This document shows positions 18,628 to 28,152 of a stretch of DNA of 64,000 nt, piece after piece. This DNA is from Thermoanaerobaculia bacterium. GTDB lineage: Bacteria > Acidobacteriota > Thermoanaerobaculia > Gp7-AA8. Where the stretch lies: contig DATHRD010000063.1 in assembly GCA_035482045.1 (NCBI GenBank), positions 2,541 to 66,540 of the forward strand, given 5' to 3'. Both the position numbers and the translations under genes were made by a program. The notes under the pieces were generated by a model. The model worked only from the letters and a program-made list of their open reading frames with translations, did no database searches and was not told where the DNA came from. Numbering within the stretch: the first letter of the stretch is position 1; the number at the start of each line of letters is the position of its first letter.

Positions 18628-18742
18628 GTGATTGGTAGATTAGTAGATTAGTCGATTAGTGGATTAGAACCGATCAGAACCAGGCATCCGGACCACTCCA
18701 CGAATCCACTGATCCACTAATCTACTAATCTACTAATCTTCC
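18628..18742. repeat. AT-rich imperfect palindrome built from TAGATTAG octamer repeats, between two same-strand genes
   Basis: GATTAGTAGATTAGTCGATTAGTGGATTAG ... CCACTAATCTACTAATCTACTAATC. Confidence 0.55.
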
Positions 18743-19283
18743 GCCCGTCCGAGCGCAGGCGGGCCGTCCCGCTCATCGCCCAGTTGTACGGAATCTCCGG
18801 GGAGTCATACGGAAGGCGGTAGTGATCGGGGTCTTCGTAGTTGTAGGCCTTGGTAGGGCAGTTCACGACGAGCGCGTCGGAAGCGCCGAGGTTTTGCAGG
18901 CCGTGCCACACGCCGCTCGGGATCACGACGAAACAGGGCCGGGCGTCGCCGGCGTGCAGCTCCATCACCTGTCCGGCCGTCCTGCTCTCCTCGCGGCCGT
19001 CGAAGAGCACGATCTTCAAATGTCCCTGATTCACGAAGAGCCGATCGATCGTGCCGGCGTGACAGCTCCATGCGCCGATCGCCGCCGGAAAGAGGCGCGA
19101 TTGGTAGATGTGGACGACGGGAAGGCCGGTGGGGTCCCATTCCGGGCGATACATCTCGGTGATCACGCCATGGTCCCGAGGGACGTGGAGCACTTCGCGA
19201 ACGACGATGCCGTCGATCCCCTTCTCGATCTTCTGCCAATCGTTCGTCACCAACTGCGTATCTTTACGCGCCCCTGGAAGCAT
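18717..19283 (-). CDS. RmlC-like cupin (dTDP-4-dehydrorhamnose 3,5-epimerase-related)
   Basis: 188 aa; cupin-like core with ...FVVIPSGVWHGLQNLGASDALVVNCPTKAYN...; resembles RmlC/sugar-isomerase cupins. Confidence 0.55.
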   Translation of the reverse strand: MLPGARKDTQLVTNDWQKIEKGIDGIVVREVLHVPRDHGVITEMYRPEWDPTGLPVVHIYQSRLFPAAIGAWSCHAGTIDRLFVNQGHLKIVLFDGREESRTAGQVMELHAGDARPCFVVIPSGVWHGLQNLGASDALVVNCPTKAYNYEDPDHYRLPYDSPEIPYNWAMSGTARLRSDGRKISRLVD

Positions 19284-19294
19284 GCAATCTCCTG

Positions 19295-20173
19295 CTACAA
19301 ACCCTTGAACCGTCGAACATCGTCGATGCCGGCTCCCTTCCGCCGCCGGAACGCTTTCAGGAGCTTCGAAGGCTGCGGTAGTCGCCGCCGGATACGAAGG
19401 GCGGTCTGGCTGAGGAGCTGTCCGACCAGTTGACGATACGTCATCTGCCTGGCATCGCGGCCGTCGGCGATCATGCGCACCAGCAATGTCGTTTCCAGAT
19501 CAGGCTCCGCGGCAATGCGGGCGCTCCAGGCGGCCTGCTCGTGACACGGCCGGCTCTGATAAACGCCGCGCCGCATCGACGCGGGAAACTTGATTCCTGT
19601 CAACCGCGGCACGAAGGTGAAGCGGTAACCGGCGTCGCGCGCTCTCCGCCAGAGATCGGTGTCCGGGACAACACTCACCTCCCTGTAATTGCGCCAACCG
19701 CCCAACGCTTCCGTAACGCTGCGGCGATGGACGGTGCACGACGGAGGCCCCCAGACCCGGATATCCGGCCGCGGTTTGACCGGCCATACATCGCCGCCAT
19801 CGGCCTCGACCAGAGCGAGGAGCGAGTGCGTCATATCCGCGCCTGATGCGTCGATCGCCGCCACGTGCGTCTGGAGATGATGCGGCAGCCACAGATCGTC
19901 ATGGCCGAGGTAGGCGATCAACTCACCGCGGGCCTGCCGCAGTCCTTCGTTGTTCGGACCGCTCTGATGCCCGGTGCACACCGGCAGGTTGATCCACCGC
20001 AAGCGGGGATCGTCGATGCCCACAACGACCTGTTCCGAGTCGTCGGTACAACCATCGCCGACGACGAGCAGCTCGAAATCGTCCATCGTCTGCCGCAGCA
20101 CGCTGCCGATCGAGTACGGGAGGACGCTGCTCCAGTTGTAGGTGGGGATGATCACCGAGACCCGCGGAGGCAT
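19295..20173 (-). CDS. family 2 glycosyltransferase
   Basis: MPPRVSVIIPTYNWSSVLPYSIGSVLRQTMDDFELLVVGDGCTDDS... Confidence 0.8.
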   Translation of the reverse strand: MPPRVSVIIPTYNWSSVLPYSIGSVLRQTMDDFELLVVGDGCTDDSEQVVVGIDDPRLRWINLPVCTGHQSGPNNEGLRQARGELIAYLGHDDLWLPHHLQTHVAAIDASGADMTHSLLALVEADGGDVWPVKPRPDIRVWGPPSCTVHRRSVTEALGGWRNYREVSVVPDTDLWRRARDAGYRFTFVPRLTGIKFPASMRRGVYQSRPCHEQAAWSARIAAEPDLETTLLVRMIADGRDARQMTYRQLVGQLLSQTALRIRRRLPQPSKLLKAFRRRKGAGIDDVRRFKGL

Positions 20174-20186
20174 TCCGCGGATTGTG

Positions 20187-22544
20187 TCATGCCGGTTTCG
20201 CGCGTACGACCACGAACGTCACGTCATCATTCGGCGGCCGCTCGCCGTTCCAGCGTCTGGCCGTGGCGGCCAGCGAGGCGATCACGTCGGCGGCTGTAGC
20301 ACCGCCCGCCGCAGCCGCGAATTCGTCCACGGCAACCGCGTAGCCGAGCTGCTGACCCGATTCGTTCTGCAATTCGGGGAACCCGTCGGTCATGAACAGC
20401 ACCGTGTCGCCCGGGGCGAGGTCGATGGCTACATCGTGATAGTCGGCGCCGAGCGTCCCCAGCGGCGTAGCCCCTCGCGCCACTTCCTCGATCCTGCCGC
20501 TCCCCGGCCGGTGTACATAGCCTGGAAGCATGCCGGCTGACGCGACCGTCAGCCAGTCGCGCTCGAAACGCGCCAGCAGCAGGGCCATGGCCATCCGTCC
20601 AAGGTCCATCCGCTTCACCTTCTCCGCCGCGTCGCGCAGGAACTGCGCCGGCATCACATCGGGCGTGTAGCCCGCGAAGAGGGCCTTGATGACCGTGACC
20701 ATCGTTCCGGCCTTCGCACCGTGGCCGGTGGCATCGCCGATCGTGACGGAGAGAACACCATTCGGCGCAACGTGAAAGTCGTAATAGTCGCCGCCGACCT
20801 CCGCCGCCGTCAGCGTGAAGACAGCCACGTCGTAGCGGTCATGCGCCGGAACGGACTTGGGCAGCATCGAGAGCTGGAAGCGCCGCGCCTCTTCGAGGTC
20901 GACCGACTTCCGCTCGTACTCGAGCGCCAGGATGCGCTGCTGGATCTCCTGCTCTTTCCGCGTCCGTTCCTGCTCGACGATGGTTTGCTGCTGCAGGCTC
21001 AAGTCCTGAGCCATCCGGTTGAAGGCCGCGGCAAGCTTGCCGATCTCGTTGTTCGACTTTACCGGCAGCCGTGTCATCAGGTCGCCCTGGGCAATCCGTT
21101 CGGCTCCGCGCGTGACGAGGTTCACGTCGCGCGTCATGTGATTGGCGATGGGGACGATGCCGATGAGCGCCACGAAGATGAGACCCATGCCGTAGCCGAA
21201 ATTCCTGGCCGCCGTCTTCCGCAGCTCCTCGAGGTTGTCGCCGACCGGCCGGGCCACACCGACGCGCAGGCCGCTCTGTGGATCGACCGAGGTGACGACG
21301 ATCCAGTCTTTCACGTCGTTGACCGGCCGGTTGCTGAGGACGCGGTCACTGATGCCGGCGCTGTCCAGCGTTTTGCGATCGTCCGGGGTCCGCGTGTAGA
21401 GGTTGTTGTCATGGTCGACGGCGAAGGTGATTTCGTCGCTGTCATCGACGCGCGCGCCCAGGACGCGCCGGACGACTTCCGGGGTGCTCACCTGCGCCGA
21501 GATGTGGCCGATGATCGTCCCGGCGTTCCGCAGCGGGACGTTGAACCGTTGCCCGAAGACGACGTCGTTAGCCTTGATCCGATGCGGCTCGGGGTCGATC
21601 ACTTTCCGTTCGCTCGTGGTGGCTTCAGCGGCGCTGGTGGTTGCAGGTGCGGCGGCAGCCTCCGGGGCTGCCGCAACCTGAGGTGCGGCATGGGGCGCTA
21701 TGGCCGGGGGCACAGGCGGATGCCTCTCCCCCTCGTGCGCATGGACGCGAGCGGCCGCCGCTTCGCGCTGCTGACGCCGCGCATGGAAATACTCGTCGCG
21801 CTGCTTCTGCGCGGCGTCGAATCGCGCACTCCACTGCGACTGGGCCTGCTTCAACGACTCGGTGAGTTGCTTCTGCCTGTCCTGGATTCTCTTCTCCGTC
21901 GCCGTCCGCTCCTCAGGCGACAGCGTCTGCCAGCCCTGTCCGAGCTTAATGCTGAGCATCGCGATCTCGTTGATGGCGTCACGCTGCTCGGGGGTCATCG
22001 TGAACTTCGGAAGCTTCGGCGCCGGAGGCACACCGGCGACGACTGTCTTCGGCGCAGCGCCGGAATCGGCGTCCGCACTCGGATCGGACTCATCGTCCAG
22101 TTCCGCGACCTGCGGGGGCATCGGAGCCGGAGGAGGCTCCTCGACACCCGGCGGCGAGTTGCGGCTCGTGGAAGGAACGTGACTCAGTTCCTTGCGCACG
22201 ATCGTCCTGACCTCGGGCATGACCATCCGCATGGGGTGAATCTCGAGCGAGTCCACCAGCGACGCGGCATCCCCCATCGTCATCAGAATGTTGCCGACGT
22301 TGGGCGTCCGATCCCCGCCGGCGCCGGGAGCCGGGAGCGCCGATACTTCCGCCAGGCGCTGCTGCAAATCGCCTCGAATCGTTGCCAGTCGCCGGTCCAT
22401 CTGCCGCGTCCGCGCGTCGGCCTCGCGCCGCGATGCCAGTTCCAGCGCGTTGCGTGACGATTGATACGAATAGACGACGATCACGCTCAGCGGCAGAACC
22501 GAGAGGAGGAAACAGGCCAGGACAAGCTGAGCGCGGATCTTCAT
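20187..22544 (-). CDS. membrane-anchored signalling protein: N-terminal TM/sensor region, HAMP domain, PP2C-type (SpoIIE/RsbU) serine phosphatase domain
   Basis: start MKIRAQLVLACFLLSVLPL; HAMP (EIGKLAAAFNRMAQDL); PP2C motifs GGDYYDF...IGDATGHGAKAG...LFMTDGFPE. Confidence 0.85.
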   Translation of the reverse strand: MKIRAQLVLACFLLSVLPLSVIVVYSYQSSRNALELASRREADARTRQMDRRLATIRGDLQQRLAEVSALPAPGAGGDRTPNVGNILMTMGDAASLVDSLEIHPMRMVMPEVRTIVRKELSHVPSTSRNSPPGVEEPPPAPMPPQVAELDDESDPSADADSGAAPKTVVAGVPPAPKLPKFTMTPEQRDAINEIAMLSIKLGQGWQTLSPEERTATEKRIQDRQKQLTESLKQAQSQWSARFDAAQKQRDEYFHARRQQREAAAARVHAHEGERHPPVPPAIAPHAAPQVAAAPEAAAAPATTSAAEATTSERKVIDPEPHRIKANDVVFGQRFNVPLRNAGTIIGHISAQVSTPEVVRRVLGARVDDSDEITFAVDHDNNLYTRTPDDRKTLDSAGISDRVLSNRPVNDVKDWIVVTSVDPQSGLRVGVARPVGDNLEELRKTAARNFGYGMGLIFVALIGIVPIANHMTRDVNLVTRGAERIAQGDLMTRLPVKSNNEIGKLAAAFNRMAQDLSLQQQTIVEQERTRKEQEIQQRILALEYERKSVDLEEARRFQLSMLPKSVPAHDRYDVAVFTLTAAEVGGDYYDFHVAPNGVLSVTIGDATGHGAKAGTMVTVIKALFAGYTPDVMPAQFLRDAAEKVKRMDLGRMAMALLLARFERDWLTVASAGMLPGYVHRPGSGRIEEVARGATPLGTLGADYHDVAIDLAPGDTVLFMTDGFPELQNESGQQLGYAVAVDEFAAAAGGATAADVIASLAATARRWNGERPPNDDVTFVVVRAKPA

Positions 22545-22596
22545 CGAGGCAACCACGATGTAAGACGAAATTGGGCGGAGAAGGTTTGGGGATCGC

Positions 22597-22842
22597 TTAA
22601 CGATGACCGGCCAAACCGGCAACGCCAAGCTGCCGCAGCGGATCCCAGTCGCGCGGTGGCTGATGTTCCTGACTGAACCACGGCGCGCCGTTCAGCAACC
22701 AGCGCTCGCGCAACTGTTCGTGGGTGAAGTCGAAGTCGTCAAAGTCGAACTCTGTTCCGCAGCAGATGCAGATGTTGTGATCCGCGGCCGGCCATGGCAG
22801 AGGCTCGTAACGGCAAACCGGGCAACGGTCAATCATTGGCAC
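22597..22842 (-). CDS. small Cys-rich (zinc-ribbon-like) hypothetical protein
   Basis: CPVC...CICCG spacing; 81 aa; immediately upstream of the phosphatase gene on the same strand. Confidence 0.3.
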   Translation of the reverse strand: MPMIDRCPVCRYEPLPWPAADHNICICCGTEFDFDDFDFTHEQLRERWLLNGAPWFSQEHQPPRDWDPLRQLGVAGLAGHR

Positions 22843-22939
22843 TCCTTCTCGAAGTACTCCAGACCGCGATGACGCTTGTACAAATACGTACCGATGTATC
22901 CGCTGGCATTAAGAACACTCGGACCGAGCCCGACCCGCC

Positions 22940-23686
22940 CTACTCCTCTTCGAGCAGCTCGTCCGGGATGTCGAAGTTCGTGTACACGTTCTGGACGTCG
23001 TCCTGATCGTCGAGCATCTCCATGAGACGCATCATCTGCTTCGACTTCTGCTCGTCGAGCTTGACGTAGTTGGACGGGATCTGGCCCAGCTTCGCTTCGA
23101 CGGTCGGGATCTTGTTCTTCTCCAGCGTCTGGCGCACCTGCTCGAAAGCCTCGGGTGTGGTGTAGATCTCGTAGATGTCGGTATCGTCGGTCTGCAGGTC
23201 GTCGGCACCGGCTTCCAGCGCCAGTTCCATCAGTTTGTCCTCGTTCGCAGCGCTCTTCTCGATGGCGAAGTATCCTTTGCGCTCGAACTGGAAACGCACC
23301 GAGCCGGGCGTGCCCATGTTGCCGCCGCACTTCTCGAAGACGTGACGGATCTCGGGAGTGGTCCGGTTCGTGTTGTCGGTCATGGTCTCGACCATGATGG
23401 CCACGCCGCCGGGACCGTAGCCCTCGTAGGTCAGTTCCTCGTAATTCACGCCTTCGAGCTCACCGGTTCCGCGCTTGATGGAGCGGTCGATGTTGTCTTT
23501 GGGCATGTTGTTCGCCTTGGCTTCGGCGACGGCGGCGCGCAAGCGGGGATTGCCGTCGACGTCTCCCCCACCCAACCGCGCCGCGACGGTCATTTCCTTG
23601 ATGATGCGGGTGAATATCTTTCCGCGCTTGGCGTCGGCCGCACCTTTCTTGTGCTTGATGGTGCTCCATTTGCTGTGGCCGGACAT
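22940..23686 (-). CDS. yebC: YebC/PmpR family DNA-binding transcriptional regulator
   Basis: [31 protein letters not shown]... canonical YebC N-terminus; 248 aa. Confidence 0.95.
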   Translation of the reverse strand: MSGHSKWSTIKHKKGAADAKRGKIFTRIIKEMTVAARLGGGDVDGNPRLRAAVAEAKANNMPKDNIDRSIKRGTGELEGVNYEELTYEGYGPGGVAIMVETMTDNTNRTTPEIRHVFEKCGGNMGTPGSVRFQFERKGYFAIEKSAANEDKLMELALEAGADDLQTDDTDIYEIYTTPEAFEQVRQTLEKNKIPTVEAKLGQIPSNYVKLDEQKSKQMMRLMEMLDDQDDVQNVYTNFDIPDELLEEE

Positions 23687-24051
23687 CGGGCTGCTCCTTT
23701 TGGTTGAGGCGGGACCCAGGTCCCGGGTATTTGAGGGGGCGCGATTATAGCTGAACGATTAAGCTTCGGTGGATGGATTCGCCAGCCTTCCCGCTCCGCA
23801 TCATCTTCGACGACGGGGCCGTGCAGGAAATCGCCTCGCCCGAGGACCTGCTGGACGAAGTCGACACGATCGACTCCACCGATCCCGGAAACCGCATCTG
23901 GATCCGGGACGAACGGGATCGGACCATTCGTCTGCGGATGCGTGGTGGAATCGTTGAGATCTTCGAGGTCTCCTAACGGTCCGCGCGTCAGAACCCTCGC
24001 TACGCCACTGTTGGCGGAGCCTTGGGCAACCAACGCCGCCGGCCGTGCCGG

Positions 24052-26228
24052 CTAGCGGCCGGTCGATGGCGTTGCCGCACCTCCGAAGTGAACCGGCACA
24101 CCCATCTCGCGCAGCAGGTTGTGCGCTCCGTCGACCGCGTCCATGACCCAGAGCATGTAGACGGCATCGACGTGAATCGAGCGGGTGATGTCGGGATCGA
24201 CGACGAAGTCGGAGCCGAGCGACTCGTACGTGCCGTCGAACAGCAGGCCGCACAGCTCACCCTTGGCATTCAGAGTCGGCGAGCCGGAATTGCCGCCGGT
24301 GGTGTCGACCGTGGAGAGGAAGTTGACCGGGACGGCGCCGAGGTGCGCATCGATGTAGCCGGCGGTCTTGTTCGTGCGGATGGCCTCCAGCTCCGCCTTC
24401 GGCGCGTCGAACTCGCCGGAGCCGGTGTTCTTGGCCAGGATGCCGCTGAGCGTCGTCAGTGGCGTGTACGCAACGCCGTCGCGCGGGGTGTAGCCTTCGA
24501 CCTGGCCGAACGTGACACGGAGGGTTCCGTTGGCGTCGGGATACAGACGGCCGCCGCTCGAAGCGCGCAGCGCATCCATGTACATCGGACGGATGCGCGA
24601 CATGGCACCGCCGATCTCCTTCAGCTGCCGTTCGTTCTCGAGCGAGAGCGGCGAGATGGCTGCGGCGAGGTTGATCATGGCGTCGTTGCGCGCCACCAGT
24701 TGTGAGGTCGTCTCGTCCTGCATGGCCTTGCGCTGTGCAAGATCGCCGATCTTCGTGTTCGCGTAGAGCTGATCGAGAAACGGCTCGACGCCGCCGGACT
24801 TGGCAATGGCCTCGTCGATCGGAGCGATGCGCTGCCCGGCTGGCAGTTTCTGGGACTCGTTGAGGAAGTAGCGCAGACCGGCGCGATCGCTGTTCGGCTC
24901 GATGCCTTTCTGCGCGCGGTTCACGCCCTCGGTGATACGCGGCCAGTCGCGCTGCTGGAAGCCGGACTCGCGGTCCATGTCGGCGGTCTTGGCTTTCTCC
25001 AGCGAGAGGCGATAGATCGTCGACGATTGCGCCAGCATCGGCGAGCTGCGGACGATCCAGCCGAGGACGGTATTGCGCTGCTCATGCGCCATGGCCTGCT
25101 GCTCGAGCGCGTTGATCTGATTCATCACATCTTTGTACTTGGCCGCTTCCGGGTGCCCGGCGATATAGGCGGCCAGGTCCGCTTCGCGTTTCTGGCGCTG
25201 CGCGACGATGTGGAAGTTGTTGAAGCCCGTCAGCGTGCCGGTGTAGTTCTTCAGCACGTTGTCGTTGCCTTTGATGCGGCTGGCGTTCGCGATCTCGACG
25301 TTCTTATCGGTCTTCCCGAGGTCGCGAAGGATGTTGTTCAGGTCCGTGGCGTACTTGATCGTCGACGGATAGGAGTAGCTCTGCATGTTCGCCACTTCCG
25401 CGGCAGTGCGGTAGCGGAACGTGCGGCCGGGATAGCCTGCCACGAGCACGAAGTCGCCCGGGTTCACGCTCTCGGTGGACACCTTGAGGATGTGGGCCGG
25501 GTGATAGGGCACGTTATCCTTCGCGTAGTCGGCCGGTTTGCCGTCCTTGCCGACGTAGGCGCGGAGATAGGACCAGTCGCCGGTGTGGCGCGGCCACATC
25601 CAGTTGTCGGTCTCGCCGCCGAAATCGCCGATCCCGAGGGCCGGCGCATAGACGAGGCGAACGTCTTTGATCTCCATCTGCGTCATGCGCAGGTACTGCG
25701 ACCCTTCGAAGAACGAGGCCACGCGGCAGCGCACGCCGCCAAGCTTCTCGCACTCGTCGACGAGTCCCTTGACGTTGCGATCGATGGCCTTCTCGCGGTC
25801 GATGTTCGAAAGCGACGCCGGCACGTTGCCGGTGACGCGCGCCGTGACGTCTTCGATGTTCGTCGTCACGAAGATGCGCGAGCCGGGGCCGGCCGGCAGT
25901 TCCTCCTCGCGCGTCCTGGCGAGGAAGCCGTTCGTGATGAGGTCGCGCTCCTTTGTGGAGTTGTACTGCAGTGCGCCGAAGCCGCAGTGGTGGTTCGTGA
26001 CCACCAATCCGTCGGTCGACACGAACGATGCGCTGCAGCCGCCCAGCGAGATCACGGCACCCATCGGGTCGCCGGTGAGATCCGCGAAACGGTTGGCGTC
26101 GATTTTCAGTCCTGCCTTCTTCAGCTCCGCCGCCAGCGACGGGATCTGCTGCGGCATCCACATTCCTTCCGCGCCGAAAGCCGTCGCCGCGGCCAGGCTG
26201 AGGATTCCAATCAAGAGTTTCTTCACAC
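24052..26228 (-). CDS. S46 family dipeptidyl-peptidase (DPP7/DPP11-like), secreted
   Basis: GTG start after AGGAGA RBS giving VKKLLIGILSLAAATAFGA signal peptide; GMWMPQQ...GGCSASFVSTDGLVVTNHHCG...GGNSGSP matches S46. Confidence 0.85.
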
Positions 26229-26480
26229 GTTCTCCTTCAGGTTTGTTTGAGCGTTGAAATGGGGAACCGGGCGTGGCCCGATTACTTCGAGGAACGCGCG
26301 CGTTCCTGAAACACAATCTTCTTGACTTTACCTGACAGAAGGCGGGCAGCGCCAATTCCCACCACGATCGGGCCGACCATCTCGGCAACGGTCCAGATCT
26401 GCACGCGATAAGTCTACAACTCCTGCCCCCTGCGCGGTTGACGCTGGGTGCAGAGGGTAAGATCCTACTTGATCGCCGTG

Positions 26481-26759
26481 TCTACCTTTGACTGGGATGC
26501 TGACAAAGAACGGAAGAACTTCCGCAAGCACAGGATCACATTTGCCGAGGCGCAGACCGTGTTCGACGATCCCGTTGCGCGCATCGAAGATGACAGCGAT
26601 CACTCAATCGGCGAGCACCGGGAACTGATCATCGGTTATTCTCGTGAAGGGCGATTGCTCGTGGTGAGCTTCGTCCAGCGCGGAGAGATCCTCCGCATCA
26701 TCAATGCCCGCCGGGTCGACGCCCGCGAACGCAAACACCATGAAGAAGAAAACACTTGA
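26481..26759 (+). CDS. brnT: BrnT-family toxin (DUF497 ribonuclease)
   Basis: GTG start giving (M)STFDWDADKERKNFRKHRITFAEAQTVFDDP..., the conserved BrnT N-terminus; 92 aa. Confidence 0.75.
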   Translation, partial: STFDWDADKERKNFRKHRITFAEAQTVFDDPVARIEDDSDHSIGEHRELIIGYSREGRLLVVSFVQRGEILRIINARRVDARERKHHEEENT

Positions 26760-26985
26760 CAACGACGATCTCCGGCCCCATTACGATTTCGACTACACCA
26801 AGATGAAGCCGAACCGTTTTGCGAACGAAAAGAAGGTTTACAAACAGACGTTTATCGTCCTCGATGAAGACGTCTCGAAAGTCTTCCAGTCATCCGAGGA
26901 CGTGAACGTCGTGCTTCGATCAGCGATCCGCGCCATGCGCACCGCGACCCCCAGGCCGCGCGCCCAGAAACGACGCGCCTCCTGA
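26740..26985 (+). CDS. brnA: BrnA-family antitoxin (RHH-like)
   Basis: MKKKTLDNDDLRPHYDFDYTKMKPNRFA...; overlaps the brnT stop by 20 nt; 81 aa. Confidence 0.7.
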   Translation: MKKKTLDNDDLRPHYDFDYTKMKPNRFANEKKVYKQTFIVLDEDVSKVFQSSEDVNVVLRSAIRAMRTATPRPRAQKRRAS

Positions 26986-27051
26986 AAAACGCGCGCTTAG
27001 GAGCAATGGCCGAACCTAAAGCTCGCGATCGGAGCGCTGGCGCTCCCATCG

Positions 27052-28107
27052 TTACAACTCCAACCTTCCCACCACCGCCTCCCCCGCCCCCTTCGTGCCG
27101 AGGCTGCCGCCGAGGTCGTGGGTGGTCTCGCCGGCCTCGATCGCGGCAACGACAGCGCGCTCGATGATGCCGGCCTCGGCAGGGTGGCCGAGGTATTCGA
27201 GCATCATCGCGGCGGTCAGGATCGCGCCGATGGGGTTCGCCACATCCTTGCCCGCGTACTTCGGCGCGGAGCCGTGGATCGGCTCGAATAGGGAGACTTT
27301 GCCGGGATGGATGTTGCCCGAGGCGGCCATGCCCAGGCCGCCTTGCAGAGCCGCGCCGAGGTCGGTGACGATGTCGCCGAACATGTTGTTCGTCACGATC
27401 ACCTCGAACATCTCCGGCGCGCGCACCATCTGCATCGTCAGAGCGTCGACGAACATGTGGAAGTGCTCGATGCCCGGATACTCCTTCGCCACCTCTTCGA
27501 AAGTCCGCAGCCAGAGGTCGCCGGAAAAGCGCATGACGTTGTTCTTGTCCGACATGCAGACCGACTTGCGGCCGGTCTCCTTCGCGAATTGGAAGGCGTG
27601 GCGGATGATCCGTTCGACTCCCTTGCGCGTGGAGACGTCTTCCTGCACGGCGATCTCGTCGCTCGTCCCTTTCTTGAAGTTGCCCCCCATGCCGACGTAG
27701 GCCCCCTCGGTGTTCTCACGGAAGATGACGAAGTCGACGTCCTGGCGAGTCTTCCCCTTGAGCGGGCAGAGGCGCTCGTCGAGCAGTTTGACCGGGCGAT
27801 AGTTGACGTAGAGATCGAGCTGGAAGCGCATGCCGAGGAGGATGTCGGCGGCATGCTTCATGTCAGGGATGCGCGGATCGCCGAACGCGCCGAGGTAGAC
27901 GGCCGCGTAGTTGTTGCGGATGTCGTCCATCCCACCCGGAGGGATGGAGATGCCGGTGCGGAGGTACTCGTCGGCGTTCCAGCCGAAGTGGACGAGTTCG
28001 AGGCCGAGCTTGCGGGCATCGTTGACGCGGTTCAGGACGCGCAGACCCGCGTCGATGACTTCCGGACCGATCCCGTCGCCGGGGATCACGGCTATTCTCT
28101 TTGGCAT
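27052..28107 (-). CDS. isocitrate/isopropylmalate dehydrogenase family enzyme (tartrate dehydrogenase / 3-isopropylmalate dehydrogenase-like)
   Basis: MPKRIAVIPGDGIGPEV...NLFGDI(V)TD...GSAPKYAGKD(V)ANP; 351 aa. Confidence 0.85.
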   Translation of the reverse strand: MPKRIAVIPGDGIGPEVIDAGLRVLNRVNDARKLGLELVHFGWNADEYLRTGISIPPGGMDDIRNNYAAVYLGAFGDPRIPDMKHAADILLGMRFQLDLYVNYRPVKLLDERLCPLKGKTRQDVDFVIFRENTEGAYVGMGGNFKKGTSDEIAVQEDVSTRKGVERIIRHAFQFAKETGRKSVCMSDKNNVMRFSGDLWLRTFEEVAKEYPGIEHFHMFVDALTMQMVRAPEMFEVIVTNNMFGDIVTDLGAALQGGLGMAASGNIHPGKVSLFEPIHGSAPKYAGKDVANPIGAILTAAMMLEYLGHPAEAGIIERAVVAAIEAGETTHDLGGSLGTKGAGEAVVGRLEL

Positions 28108-28152
28108 GGCGGCGGCGGATTATAGGCGGGGACAGCGCGGGGAGTTGCGACT

